Source: Clostridia bacterium | GTDB lineage: Bacteria > Bacillota > Clostridia > Oscillospirales > Acutalibacteraceae | NCBI GenBank assembly: GCA_017403185.1 | Contig: JAFQON010000047.1 | Coordinates: forward strand, 9,253 to 73,252 | Length of the DNA: 64,000 nt | Reading direction: 5' to 3' | Shown here: positions 37,705-48,367 of the stretch, one piece after another | How the letters are laid out: every line of letters starts with the position of its first letter | Numbering within the stretch: the stretch's first letter is position 1 | Made by a program: the position numbers and the translations under genes | Notes under the pieces: model-generated | Databases searched by the model: none | Seen by the model: only the letters and a program-made list of their open reading frames with translations | Told to the model about the DNA's origin: nothing

Positions 37705-39333
37705 ATGAACGAACTGAGCTCGATTTTTCTCAACGCGAAAGACGGTGACACCGTCATTCTTGAAAAAGATAAAATATATGATGTGAGGCAGGATGATTCC
37801 TTTGAATTTGAAGGTTATTACTGCTCGAATACCGCTAAGCTCCATGAAAATCCGAGGGGGCTCAGGCGGGCTGCAATCTTTCTCAAGGATAAGAAAAATG
37901 TCGTTATAGACGGCAACGGCGCAACCGTGCTTGTCCACGGCAAAATGACACCGCTGTTGTTTGACGGCTGCGAAAACATAACGGTGAAAAACCTTGTTAT
38001 TGACTATGCACGCCCTACGATGAGTGAATACACCGTGCTTTCAAATGACGGCGGAGTTTGTGATATCAGGATAAATGAAGAATGCCTTTTCCGCATTGAG
38101 GGCAATGAAATTATATGGCAGGGTGAAAACGGCAGCGGCGGCAAGCCTTATTGGGAGGACAGCCACATCGGCAACCGCAGATACAATAAGGTTTATAACC
38201 CCGAAACCGAGCTTTGCCGTGATTTCAGGTGTGACGATATGGCGTTTGAAAAGATTGAACGCCTTGACGATTACACTCTCAGAGTGCATTTTACAAAAAA
38301 AGATGTCACCCTCTCCGCAGGCGAGGTTATGCAGACGAGAAATATTGTTCGTGACCAGACGGGAGCACTTTTCAACCGATGCAAAAATCTTTATTTTGAG
38401 AATCTACGCATAAAATTCATGCACGGTCTGGGTATGGTATCGCAATTCTGCGAAAATGTTGCTTATAAAAACTGCGACTTTACACCTGCTGAGGGCAGGA
38501 CTGCCGCAAGCACCGCCGATTTCTTTCAGTTTTCGGGCTGCCGGGGTAAAATCACCGTTGAAAACTGCCGTGCAAGGGGTGCGCACGATGACTACATAAA
38601 TGTTCACGGCACACATTTGAGAACAGTTGAGAAAAATGACGGAGAAAACAGCCTTGTTGTGCGCTTTATGCACGCCGAAAGCTGGGGCTTTCAGGCGTTT
38701 GAATGCGGCGATGAGCTTGAATTCATCAAATGGGACACGCTGATCCCCTACGCAAAAACAAAGGTTACGGCATACAAAAGGCTTAATGATACCGATATAA
38801 AGCTTTGGGTTGACGGGGCTTTGCCTGATATTGAAATCGGCAAGGATGTTGTTGAAAATGCAACATGGACTCCCGATTTGTATGTGAGAAACTGCGATTT
38901 CGGCCCCACATGCGGCAGGGGAATTCTCTGCACAACAAGGGGTGAGGTTATCATTGAAAACAATAATTTCCATAAGCTGTGGGGGCCTGCGCTTCTGCTT
39001 GAGGATGACTGCAACTTCTGGTTTGAATCGGGCTATACAAACGAGGTTGTATTCCGCAACAACCGTGTAACGCAGTGCGAATATGCCGGGATGTGGGATA
39101 AAGCTCCGATAATCCGCTATACGCCCAAGGTTATGGATGAAAATTCAACCGAATTCGTTCACGGCAGGTTGACAGTAACGGGCAACACCTTTGAAAAATC
39201 AAGGGGGATTACTCATTGCTTCTGGCTTGAATATCTGCGTGAAGCCGAGATTTCGGGCAACACCTTTGATGCACCGTATGAAGTGGTAAAAAAGTGTGTG
39301 GGCAATGTTATTGAAAAGAGCAATGTTTGCTGA
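37705..39333 (+). CDS. Right-handed beta-helix glycosidase, GH110 alpha-1,3-galactosidase-like
   Basis: IDGNGA, HGKMT, FMHGLG..SQF, ADF.QFSGCRG, HDDYINVHGT, EN.TWTP, RGIL.TT, WFESG. Confidence 0.8.
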   Translation: MNELSSIFLNAKDGDTVILEKDKIYDVRQDDSFEFEGYYCSNTAKLHENPRGLRRAAIFLKDKKNVVIDGNGATVLVHGKMTPLLFDGCENITVKNLVIDYARPTMSEYTVLSNDGGVCDIRINEECLFRIEGNEIIWQGENGSGGKPYWEDSHIGNRRYNKVYNPETELCRDFRCDDMAFEKIERLDDYTLRVHFTKKDVTLSAGEVMQTRNIVRDQTGALFNRCKNLYFENLRIKFMHGLGMVSQFCENVAYKNCDFTPAEGRTAASTADFFQFSGCRGKITVENCRARGAHDDYINVHGTHLRTVEKNDGENSLVVRFMHAESWGFQAFECGDELEFIKWDTLIPYAKTKVTAYKRLNDTDIKLWVDGALPDIEIGKDVVENATWTPDLYVRNCDFGPTCGRGILCTTRGEVIIENNNFHKLWGPALLLEDDCNFWFESGYTNEVVFRNNRVTQCEYAGMWDKAPIIRYTPKVMDENSTEFVHGRLTVTGNTFEKSRGITHCFWLEYLREAEISGNTFDAPYEVVKKCVGNVIEKSNVC

Positions 39334-39372
39334 TATAATATGAAGGTAATGATTGACAGGAAGGAAAATATT

Positions 39373-41760
39373 ATGGAACAGTTTGCAAAACGATTCAAAA
39401 TTGACTGCTCTCCCGTTGCGATTGAAAAACAGACGGTAGTCCGTGACGGAACAAGGCTCACGGTTATTGCGCCTTGCCTTCTCAGAGTTGAAAATCAGGC
39501 AGAGGGCAAATTCTGCGATGAACCCACTCAGAGCGTGTGGTTCAGAGATTTTTGCGAAACGGATTTTGAAATCAAAGAAGAAAAAGGCAGAATTGAAATA
39601 AAAACCGCAAAGGCAACATTTGTTTATTCTCTCAAATCAAAAAAGATGCTCAGGATTCTGCTTGCCGACGGCAGAACGGTAACGAATTTCAAGGCAGGAA
39701 ACCTCAAGGGCACCTGCAGAACTCTTGATATCACCGCAGGCATAATCACCCTCAGCGACGGCGTTTGCTCAAGGGGCGGCGTTGCCGTGCTTGATGACAG
39801 CGATACCCTTGCCATAAAGCCTGACGGAGCTATTCTGCCCCGTGAAAACAAAGAGAGCGATAAATATTATTTTGCCTACGGCAACGATTACATAGGCGCA
39901 ACAACAGACCTTTATAAACTCACCGGTAAGGTGCCTCTTATCCCGAGATATGCGCTTTCAAACTGGTGGAGCAGATACAAGGCATATTCTCAGCAGGAAT
40001 ATCTTGATCTTATGGACAGATTCAAGGCGGAGGAAATCCCCATCACCGTTGCAACGGTTGATATGGATTGGCACTGGGTAAATATCAAAGAAAAATTCGG
40101 CAAGGATGCTCATAAGGTAACAAAGCATCTCAACTTTATGGAGTATGTTTATGATGTGTGGTCTGTCGGTTGGACGGGCTACAGCTTCAACACAGACCTT
40201 TTCCCCGACCCCGACGGCTTTATCAAAAAGCTGAAGGATGATAATTACCGGGTCACCTTCAACATTCATCCTTCAATGGGCGTGCGTTGGTTTGAGAATC
40301 AATACAAGGATATGTGTAAGGCAATGGGTCAGAATCCCGATGAGAAAAAGCCCGTTGCATTCGATATAACCGACAAGAAATTCACGGAGAATTATTTTGA
40401 TATCCTTCATCATCCGTTTGAAAAAATGGGTGTTGACTTCTGGTGGATTGATTGGCAGCAGGGCAAGAATACCGCTGTCAAGGGGCTTGACCCTCTGTGG
40501 GCGCTCAACCACTACCATTTTCTTGATAACGCAAAGGATAACCACAGACCGCTCATTCTTTCACGCTTCTGCGGTGCAGGCAGCCAGAGATACCCTCTCG
40601 GCTTCAGCGGCGACACAACACAGACATGGAAGAGCCTTGATTTTCAGCCCGGTTTTACCGCAACGGCTTCAAACATCGCTTATCCGTGGTGGAGCCATGA
40701 TATCGGCGGCCACTGCATGGGTAAAAAGGATGATGAGCTTTATCTGCGCTGGGTGCAGCTCGGAGTTTTCAGCCCCGTTATGCGCCTTCATTCAACAAAC
40801 AATGAGTTTGCAGGCAAGGAGCCGTGGAATTACAGCGGCCCCGTTGAGCGCATTGCAAGAGATGCGCTTCGCCTTCGTCACAGGCTGCTGCCCTATATTT
40901 ACACAATGAATTACCGCACCCACACCGAGTGCAGAGCAATCTGCGAGCCGATGTATTATGCTTATCCCGAGGACGAAAATGCCTATAACTGCAAGAACGA
41001 ATTTTTCTTCGGCACGGAGCTTATTGTTGCTCCGATAACCGAGCATACCTCGCTCAGAACAAACCTTGCAGGCGTGAATGTGTGGATTCCCGAGGGCAGA
41101 TACACCGATATTTTCACGGGCAGAATTTACAGCGGCAACCACTTTGTGAAGATGTTCCGTGATATTGAAACAATACCCGTGCTCGCAAAAGAGGGCGCAA
41201 TCATTCCCATGAGCACAAACGACAAAACGAACGATTGCTCAAACCCCGAAACGCTTGAAGTATGGGTCTACAGAGGTAACAACAGCTTCACGCTCTATGA
41301 GGATGACGGCGAAACTCTTTCTTATCAGAACGGCGAATACCTCAAAACAGCATTCACCGTTTGCGAAAAAGGCGATAAGGTTTCATTTTCAATTGCGAAG
41401 GCAGAGGGTGACACTTCCGTTGTGCCCGAAAAGAGAACATATCATATTAAATTCAGGGATATCGTCAGCGGCGATGTTACCGTCAAGGGTGCGCAAGCAA
41501 CTGTTAACAACAACGGCACACTTGAGGTTACAGTCACCGCAAAGGCTGATGCAATGGTTGAAATTGCCCTTGAAAACTGCAAGCATCTTGAAAACGGCGA
41601 TATGAAGCAGATGCTCACAAATGTTATTTCAAAGTTCCAGATGTCAACAGACAGAAAAGGCATGATTTATAATTCATTCATCAAAAACGGCAAATCCGTG
41701 CCGAATGTTGCAAGGGATTTCAAGGGTCCGATTGAAGAAATACTCAAGCTTCACAGATGA
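39373..41760 (+). CDS. Glycoside hydrolase family 31
   Basis: WWSRY, DMDWH, WTGY, FWWIDWQQG, GFSGD, SHDIGGH, RLHS, LYEDDG. Confidence 0.9.
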   Translation: MEQFAKRFKIDCSPVAIEKQTVVRDGTRLTVIAPCLLRVENQAEGKFCDEPTQSVWFRDFCETDFEIKEEKGRIEIKTAKATFVYSLKSKKMLRILLADGRTVTNFKAGNLKGTCRTLDITAGIITLSDGVCSRGGVAVLDDSDTLAIKPDGAILPRENKESDKYYFAYGNDYIGATTDLYKLTGKVPLIPRYALSNWWSRYKAYSQQEYLDLMDRFKAEEIPITVATVDMDWHWVNIKEKFGKDAHKVTKHLNFMEYVYDVWSVGWTGYSFNTDLFPDPDGFIKKLKDDNYRVTFNIHPSMGVRWFENQYKDMCKAMGQNPDEKKPVAFDITDKKFTENYFDILHHPFEKMGVDFWWIDWQQGKNTAVKGLDPLWALNHYHFLDNAKDNHRPLILSRFCGAGSQRYPLGFSGDTTQTWKSLDFQPGFTATASNIAYPWWSHDIGGHCMGKKDDELYLRWVQLGVFSPVMRLHSTNNEFAGKEPWNYSGPVERIARDALRLRHRLLPYIYTMNYRTHTECRAICEPMYYAYPEDENAYNCKNEFFFGTELIVAPITEHTSLRTNLAGVNVWIPEGRYTDIFTGRIYSGNHFVKMFRDIETIPVLAKEGAIIPMSTNDKTNDCSNPETLEVWVYRGNNSFTLYEDDGETLSYQNGEYLKTAFTVCEKGDKVSFSIAKAEGDTSVVPEKRTYHIKFRDIVSGDVTVKGAQATVNNNGTLEVTVTAKADAMVEIALENCKHLENGDMKQMLTNVISKFQMSTDRKGMIYNSFIKNGKSVPNVARDFKGPIEEILKLHR

Positions 41761-41766
41761 TAATTA

Positions 41767-41796
41767 CCGCCTGACGAAAAGTCAGGCGGATTTTTT
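41767..41796 (+). terminator. Intrinsic terminator
   Basis: ccgcctgac-gaaaa-gtcaggcgg-atttttt. Confidence 0.8.
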
Positions 41797-41913
41797 ACAC
41801 ACCGTTAATCAAGTGTTACTTGATTGATAAACAACGAATTGATTATTGATTTTTATAACAAATCACAATATAATGAAATCACACCGGTGATAAATATTCA
41901 GGGAGAGATTGAT

Positions 41914-43044
41914 ATGCAGATTAAAATAGGCGAAAAAATCCGTGAGCTGCGCCGCCGTGACGGCAGGAAGCAGGAGGATTTGGCAAATGCCATAGGCGTT
42001 ACCTGCCAGGCGATATCCCGCTGGGAGGCAAACGGAGGCTATCCCGATATGGAAATCGTGCCTGCCATTGCAAATTATTTTCATGTTTCAATTGATGAGC
42101 TTTTCGGCTACGACGGCAACAGAGAGGATAAAATCCGAAAAATCCTTGACGATGCAGAAAAAGCAATTACATCAAACGAAGACATGACTGCCTGCGTTGA
42201 GATGCTCCGTGATGCCGTTGAAGAATTCCCAACCGAAACAAGGCTTTTGCAGAGCCTCGGATTTGCCCTCCATATTCACGGCTGGAGGATGCACGGGCTT
42301 AAGGGGCAGTCAAAGGACGGCTCGGATTACGGCTTCCTTGACACCGAATACAACGCCCGCAACATCTGGTGGCAGGAGGCGATGCAGGTTTTTGAAAAGC
42401 TGCTTAAGAGCGATGATGTGCCCAACCGTGAGGCGGTGATAATGCTCATGGCAGTCGATTATTCCAAGATGGGTATGTATGACAAGGCAAAGGCTCTTGC
42501 TGAAAAACAAAACACGCTCATCATAAGCCGCGAATGCCTTATGACCCACGCCACGGAGGGCGAGGAGCAGGACAGATACCTCGGCGAAGCGATAATCGCT
42601 CTTATGAACGAGCTGAAAAAGCACCTCGAAACCTCGGTTGCAACCAAAAAATCGCTTCTCACATCGGGAGTTTCCGTGCAAAAGATGCTTGCACTCGCTC
42701 ATTTTTACGAAGAAATTTTTGATGACGGCCGCTTCGGTGTTGCTCATGCAAATATGCGTGATATTTACCTTTCATGCAGCATTTTTGAAGCAATATTCGG
42801 CGATATAAAAAAGGCCGTGCAGTATTTTGATATTGCCTTCAATCACCACACGGAATACCTTGAAATCCGAGAAAAAGGCGGGGATTACAGCTATTCATCG
42901 CCGCTTGTTTCAAAGGTTGTTTCAAAACAAGAGGCTTTCCCGAAAGTTTCTGAGGACGGGCTTAAGGATTACCTTAAGGCGGCACCCGAAAAACTCATTG
43001 AGGAAATAAAGAAAAACAAAAAATATGCGTCGGCAATTGTCTGA
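41914..43044 (+). CDS. XRE-family HTH regulator with helical (TPR-like) C-terminus
   Basis: IRELRR...QEDLA..IGVTCQAISRWE.NGGYPD...IANYFHVSIDELFG. Confidence 0.88.
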   Translation: MQIKIGEKIRELRRRDGRKQEDLANAIGVTCQAISRWEANGGYPDMEIVPAIANYFHVSIDELFGYDGNREDKIRKILDDAEKAITSNEDMTACVEMLRDAVEEFPTETRLLQSLGFALHIHGWRMHGLKGQSKDGSDYGFLDTEYNARNIWWQEAMQVFEKLLKSDDVPNREAVIMLMAVDYSKMGMYDKAKALAEKQNTLIISRECLMTHATEGEEQDRYLGEAIIALMNELKKHLETSVATKKSLLTSGVSVQKMLALAHFYEEIFDDGRFGVAHANMRDIYLSCSIFEAIFGDIKKAVQYFDIAFNHHTEYLEIREKGGDYSYSSPLVSKVVSKQEAFPKVSEDGLKDYLKAAPEKLIEEIKKNKKYASAIV

Positions 43045-43079
43045 CACGGTTATTGATATATTATAAGGAGGAAATTGCG

Positions 43080-43658
43080 ATGAAAATTCAGAAATCGGCA
43101 AAATATGATTACGGCGGAATAAGCAAAAACACAGAATTTGAAAAATGGTATGACAAAGATAAAATGAAAAAGAAAATCCGAACGGTAAACATATATATAA
43201 GGTGCGGCATGGTAGCGGCAGTCATGGTTGTTACAAGATTCTTTTCGGAGCTGCTTGCAGGGTTTGGGCTCAATCTTTTGTGGATTATGCCTCTTATCGG
43301 GGCTGCAGCGCTCGTCACCATGGTGTATCTGAGGGGTATTATCCGCCTCATTCCGCTTTCAAAGGGAAGGCTTGACGGGAAGTGCATTCTGCCGCTTAAA
43401 GAAACGGACTGGGCGGTTTATAACGGAGAGATAACACGCACGCAGGCGCTTGCAAGCCTTGTTCTTCCCCTTATTGTGTTTGCAGCCGTTTTTTCTGCAG
43501 CGGCAATATTTACGGGCGGAATGGTCAGATATTCGTTTCTTTGCCTGCTCATAACATCCTGCGCTTCCTGTGCAACGGATGTTGCCATGTTAATTCATGT
43601 TGCCGGAAATATCGAAAAAAACGCCGTTATTTACGGCGAATACAAAAGGGTAAAGTGA
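43080..43658 (+). CDS. Hypothetical membrane protein (about 4 TM)
   Basis: AGGAGG RBS, hydrophobic segments, followed by a terminator. Confidence 0.7.
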   Translation: MKIQKSAKYDYGGISKNTEFEKWYDKDKMKKKIRTVNIYIRCGMVAAVMVVTRFFSELLAGFGLNLLWIMPLIGAAALVTMVYLRGIIRLIPLSKGRLDGKCILPLKETDWAVYNGEITRTQALASLVLPLIVFAAVFSAAAIFTGGMVRYSFLCLLITSCASCATDVAMLIHVAGNIEKNAVIYGEYKRVK

Positions 43659-43660
43659 GC

Positions 43661-43689
43661 AAAAAGGGCTGTAAAAAACAGCCCTTTTG
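43661..43689. terminator. Bidirectional terminator
   Basis: aaaagggctg-taaaaaa-cagccctttt. Confidence 0.78.
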
Positions 43690-43693
43690 TTAT

Positions 43694-44458
43694 TTATATA
43701 AGCGATTTTCCTTCCCACTCGCTGTCAGGCTCAACACCAAGAAGCTTTGTGACGGTGGGGGCAATATCCATAATATTGACTTTGCCCGGGATTTCTCCTG
43801 CAGCAAAATCCCTGCCGTTTATAATCACGGGAATTAACATATCCTCGGGCATATCGCTGCCGTGGGTGCGGTCGTGACCGCCGTGGTCTGCTGTGATGAT
43901 ATAAGTGTATTCATCGCCAAGCTCCGCCATGAGCTTTTCAATATTATCCCAGCTGCTCTGAACGGCTTCCGTATATTCATCAGTCATCCAGCCGTAGTTG
44001 TGACCCTGCATATCGGTGTAGCCGAAATATATAAATGTGAAATCCGTATCATATTTTTTGAGGTATGAAATTGCAGAGTCGGTCAGCTCTTCGCCTGCAA
44101 GCTTGTAGCCTATTCTTCTGCCTGCATAGAAGCAGGCGTGCGCAAGTGAATCGGGGCGTGAAACATCACGGATTTCTTCCCAATTATAGAAAATCGCACA
44201 CTTCTTATCCGCTTTTTTCAAAATCTCGCACAAGCCGTCTATTGGTCTTACCTGCGGCATATAAGTGTTGGTTGTTGTGCCGTGCCTCTGAGGGGTTACG
44301 CTGTGAAAAAGTGAAATATGGCAGGGAAGCGTAACCGACGGGTAAACCGTTTCGGCGTTCATTGCGTATGCGGAGTCGCCTATAATCCTTTGGGCGTTTA
44401 CAATATCGGGCAGAGAATCGGGTCTCATGCCGTCAACCAGAATCACTATTACTTTCAT
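43694..44458 (-). CDS. Alkaline phosphatase superfamily (nucleotide pyrophosphatase/phosphodiesterase-like)
   Basis: VDGMRPD, PSVTLPCH, TDMQGH, TADHGGH. Confidence 0.87.
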   Translation of the reverse strand: MKVIVILVDGMRPDSLPDIVNAQRIIGDSAYAMNAETVYPSVTLPCHISLFHSVTPQRHGTTTNTYMPQVRPIDGLCEILKKADKKCAIFYNWEEIRDVSRPDSLAHACFYAGRRIGYKLAGEELTDSAISYLKKYDTDFTFIYFGYTDMQGHNYGWMTDEYTEAVQSSWDNIEKLMAELGDEYTYIITADHGGHDRTHGSDMPEDMLIPVIINGRDFAAGEIPGKVNIMDIAPTVTKLLGVEPDSEWEGKSLI

Positions 44459-45162
44459 TTCTTTAACTCCTTTTCAGCCTGCTGCTGTGTTTTGTAAAGC
44501 CTTTTTGCTTCAAAAAATGCGAAAATAACGCATATAAAAGAGTAAACGGAAAAGATGAGATGCGTTGCAATTTCGGGGTTGCTGCCCAGCACCTGCAGAT
44601 AAAGTGCAATGCCGATTGCGCCGTTTACAAGCATCAGCGCAGTGTATTCAACAAATGCAAACATGGTGAAAAAATAGATAACTATGCCTAGCAGGGTTGT
44701 TACGCTGTCCAGAAAAACATATTCCGAGCCGAGCAGCGGCAAAACAAACCACATTGCGGCAAGCACAACAGCAAAAACGGGCAGGAGCAGCAGCCTCTGA
44801 CGGGTGGTCATGCGGCGCAGAACGGTTGAGTGACCGCTTTTGTGTTTGTTCCATCTGATAAAGGTCAGCGCCTGAATCGGGCAGGAGAAAAATATTGCGG
44901 AGAGTGCGGAGCCGTAAAGATTGAAATGAATATATACCGCACCGTAAAGCAGAGAATTCACACTGCCGAGCATACTCGCAAATCTGCTGACACGGGATTG
45001 AAGCATGCCGATTATCAGCGAAACATAGAGCGGAAGTATCTGCAAAAAATTCTGTTTGTTATGTATGGCCGTTGCGGTTATGAGCACAGCCGTACAGCAC
45101 ATAAGAGCAATAATGAATATATCCTTTTTTGTTAACAAGTCTGCTTTTTTATTCGATTTCAT
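44455..45162 (-). CDS. PnuC-like nucleoside/vitamin transporter
   Basis: Multi-TM; LYG..Y...LYG, IRW, LRRMT, FLDSVTT pattern typical of the PnuC family. Confidence 0.7.
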   Translation of the reverse strand: MKSNKKADLLTKKDIFIIALMCCTAVLITATAIHNKQNFLQILPLYVSLIIGMLQSRVSRFASMLGSVNSLLYGAVYIHFNLYGSALSAIFFSCPIQALTFIRWNKHKSGHSTVLRRMTTRQRLLLLPVFAVVLAAMWFVLPLLGSEYVFLDSVTTLLGIVIYFFTMFAFVEYTALMLVNGAIGIALYLQVLGSNPEIATHLIFSVYSFICVIFAFFEAKRLYKTQQQAEKELKK

Positions 45163-46543
45163 CGAGATTTGCACCTTTCGTTTCCTTAACCTTCAGGGCA
45201 AACATGATTGCTGCAACGGTAACAGAGGGGATTGAAACGGCAAGGCAAGCCCACCAGATAGGCATTTGAGTCATGCCGATTATTGTGCTTGCGTAGCCGA
45301 CAACGAGTCCGATAATTACAAGCAGACCTTCTGCGCCGACAACCGACGCACGGATATCCGTCGGCACCTTTTCGGTCATCATAACATTCATGTAATCCCT
45401 GCCAATCCAGTAGGAGCCCTGATAAAGACCCGCAAGGGAGCCCACAAGGTAAGGATTCCAGCCGTTGAGTATGCCTGCCACAAAAAGTATGTAGCCCGCA
45501 ACACAGGTGGCGGAGAAGAGAGTGACGGTTGCTTTTCGGCCTGCTTTATCGGCTATAAAGCCTGAAAGGAAGGTGATTGAGGCGTATATTACGGGCACCA
45601 TGAACAGGGCCTTTGTGATATTGCTTGTGCTCATTCCCGCACTGTGCATTGATGACTCAAAATAAAGGGCGATTGCGGGCATTGCGGCATCAAAAATGAT
45701 GTGGGAGATTATGAGGATTTTTGTGTCCTTATTCGCAAAAATATATTTTACGCCGTTGAACACGCCCGACTGATTTCTCTGCGCCTGCTTCTGCTGCTTT
45801 TTGAGAGCCTTTTCCGCTTTTCTCTCTTCATAAGGACGGGAGAGGTATTCGGTTCTTTCCTTAATGAAAACCTTTGTATCTTTGGCAAAAATAACAACAA
45901 GCACAACCGCCGCAAAGCCTATCAGGGCGGGCACAAGAAAAATCTCACGCCATTTTGTCGCATCGTTGCCCATGAGAATATCACGCAGCGTCGGTATGAG
46001 AATAACGCCGAGTATGCCGAAGCTTTTGAGAAAGCTGTAGATTTTTGCGCGGTGTTTGTCGGGGGCTTCTTCGAGAATATAGATAATCTGAATGTCATGT
46101 CCCATAAAAAAGCTGATGATGGCAAAGCCGACGAGGAACATTATGTAGCTCGATGACAGGTGAATTACCATAAGACCCGCCGCCATGCCGAGCGTTGAAA
46201 GGGCAAAAAGCGGCTTTCTGCCCCATTTGTCAGCAAGGGCTTTATAAAACGGGGTGAAAAGACCCAGAACATAGGTGAAAACGCCGATGCCCGAGTGGAA
46301 TGCAAGCCCGTCTTCATAGGAGTAATATTTGCCCATGAACGGGTTATTGACAAAGAATTCCGTTACAAACGAGGATTGCACGGTAACGGTCAGGTTGCTT
46401 GTAACCTCATCGAGGATGTTGACAACAGCGATGAGTATGAGCAGAACAAGAAAATATCTGCTGCCCGAGCTGCGGGTCTGCATTTTGCGAAGCCTTGCAA
46501 GCTCACGGCTTTCACTTCTTATGATTTTTTCTTCAGATTTCAT
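45149..46543 (-). CDS. MFS transporter
   Basis: LADKWGRK and IADKAGRK motif A, about 12 TM, KETKG. Confidence 0.9.
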   Translation of the reverse strand: MKSEEKIIRSESRELARLRKMQTRSSGSRYFLVLLILIAVVNILDEVTSNLTVTVQSSFVTEFFVNNPFMGKYYSYEDGLAFHSGIGVFTYVLGLFTPFYKALADKWGRKPLFALSTLGMAAGLMVIHLSSSYIMFLVGFAIISFFMGHDIQIIYILEEAPDKHRAKIYSFLKSFGILGVILIPTLRDILMGNDATKWREIFLVPALIGFAAVVLVVIFAKDTKVFIKERTEYLSRPYEERKAEKALKKQQKQAQRNQSGVFNGVKYIFANKDTKILIISHIIFDAAMPAIALYFESSMHSAGMSTSNITKALFMVPVIYASITFLSGFIADKAGRKATVTLFSATCVAGYILFVAGILNGWNPYLVGSLAGLYQGSYWIGRDYMNVMMTEKVPTDIRASVVGAEGLLVIIGLVVGYASTIIGMTQMPIWWACLAVSIPSVTVAAIMFALKVKETKGANLDEIE

Positions 46544-46555
46544 GTTATCTTCCTT

Positions 46556-48175
46556 TTAATCAAATATAACCTTTATTTCGTGTATTACCGTTTCAATAAT
46601 GTCACGGATTGTGCGTATGATTTTTTCAATAAGGTTTTCTCTTTCATACTCCGTATCGGTGCCCTTGCCGCCGTAGCAGCCGATGTTGTTGCTCTCAACG
46701 GGGTTTCCGTAGAAATCCTTATCGGCATTTGTTTCTGAGCCTGCACCGATAAGCGGCGAATCTGCCGAGAGCATGAAGCTTGCGGGGTCTGAATAATCGC
46801 TGCCTGCAAAGCCCGGCACGGTGTTCATTGCGCCGATGTCAACAAGCGGTGTCATAACATTATAATAACAGTTGTTTTCAAACACATTGCCTCTTGACGG
46901 GTCGATGTCATACGCAAAGGTTGCTCCCTCTGCAGGTACAATTATGTTATTTGCAATATATGAATTATAGAGATTTTTAAACTGGAATTCGCCGCAGTTG
47001 ATGATTGTGTTGTTATAGAAGCTGAAATCGTGCTCGCCGCACTCGCCCACGGCGGTTGTTGAGCGGCCTTTGTTATCGTTTACAGAAAGGCAGTAGCGCA
47101 CGGTATTGCCGTGATGCCCGCTGTGATTGGGGCAATTACACATGAAACGCACATTATCATGCGAATAAATATACTGATAGGTGCAGTTGTGGGAGTAGGA
47201 GTCAAAGTCGACCGCCATGCCGTCGCCGATATTCTTCTGGCCTGCGATTTCGCAATACTGAATGGTGCTGTTACGGCTTCCCCAGAACCACATTGCGGCG
47301 GTGAAATATTCAACTTCACCGTCTTCCTTAAGCTCCGCACCGCCCTGACAGCAGTTGATTGAACGGCAATGAGTAACAAGTGCACCGTCACAAATTCCGA
47401 CTATAACCGCCTCGGCATCCATCTCGTGAAAATAGCAGCCTTCAATCAGCAGCCCTTCATTGTAGATGGGATCAATCTCGTCTTCTTCACACCAGGGAGC
47501 CTGCTGTTCATTCCAGGAGCCCCATACCATAAAGCCGTTTGCACAGTTATAAACTTCGCAGTTGCGGATTGTAAGGTCATTCACGGCATATCTTGATTTT
47601 GCGGGCAGACCCTTGACCATAACCGCAGCTCTTGCGGTTGCCGCACCGTTTGAAAAATTGTCACGGCTGTGCACCTTATAATTCTGCATATCCGTGAAAT
47701 AAACATTGTCTATCACTATTCCCTCTGAGGTTTTTGTGCGTGTGTCAATCCATATTCCGCCGCCGTTGGGGGCTGTGATGTGAAGGTCACGCACGGTCAC
47801 ATACGAGCAGTCAAAAAGGCACAGAACATCTTTATTCTCGTTGGTATACAGCACGGCGGTTTCACCCTCGCCGTAGGAAGAAATCACAACGGGGTTTTCT
47901 TTTGTGCCGCTGCAGGTGAGGGTTGCGGTGCATTCGTATTTGCCGCCGTTTTTGAAAAGAAAATGTGTTCCTGCTTTGACATCAAGATTTTTGAGCCCTG
48001 CTATGGTTTTTACCGGACTGTCAATTTCCGTTCCGCTGTTTGAATCGTCGCCGTTTACGGAATCAAGATAGTAATAGTTTTTGCCGCTGTCCTGAGCATG
48101 AGCAAAAAGACCTACGCTGCCGATAACAAGTGCAAGCGCAAGCAATACGCTCAGAAATTTATTTGCTTTTTTCAC
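46556..48175 (-). CDS. Secreted right-handed parallel beta-helix protein (putative glycan lyase/hydrolase)
   Basis: Signal peptide, YYLDSVNGDDSNSG, PVVISSYG, DGMAVDFD, SPLIGAG, DFYGN. Confidence 0.8.
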   Translation of the reverse strand: MKKANKFLSVLLALALVIGSVGLFAHAQDSGKNYYYLDSVNGDDSNSGTEIDSPVKTIAGLKNLDVKAGTHFLFKNGGKYECTATLTCSGTKENPVVISSYGEGETAVLYTNENKDVLCLFDCSYVTVRDLHITAPNGGGIWIDTRTKTSEGIVIDNVYFTDMQNYKVHSRDNFSNGAATARAAVMVKGLPAKSRYAVNDLTIRNCEVYNCANGFMVWGSWNEQQAPWCEEDEIDPIYNEGLLIEGCYFHEMDAEAVIVGICDGALVTHCRSINCCQGGAELKEDGEVEYFTAAMWFWGSRNSTIQYCEIAGQKNIGDGMAVDFDSYSHNCTYQYIYSHDNVRFMCNCPNHSGHHGNTVRYCLSVNDNKGRSTTAVGECGEHDFSFYNNTIINCGEFQFKNLYNSYIANNIIVPAEGATFAYDIDPSRGNVFENNCYYNVMTPLVDIGAMNTVPGFAGSDYSDPASFMLSADSPLIGAGSETNADKDFYGNPVESNNIGCYGGKGTDTEYERENLIEKIIRTIRDIIETVIHEIKVIFD

Positions 48176-48367
48176 ACAAACCGCTCCTTTGGATCAAAGA
48201 ATCAATTTATATTATAACATACATAATACAATAAATAAAGACTGTAAACGGCAAAATCGGCACAAATTGAATATATGCTTAATTGCGCTTGATTTTTTGC
48301 AGACGGTGCATTATTATAATTTTGTAAAGCGCAATCCGTGAAACTTATTTTTGAAGAGGGTGAAAGA

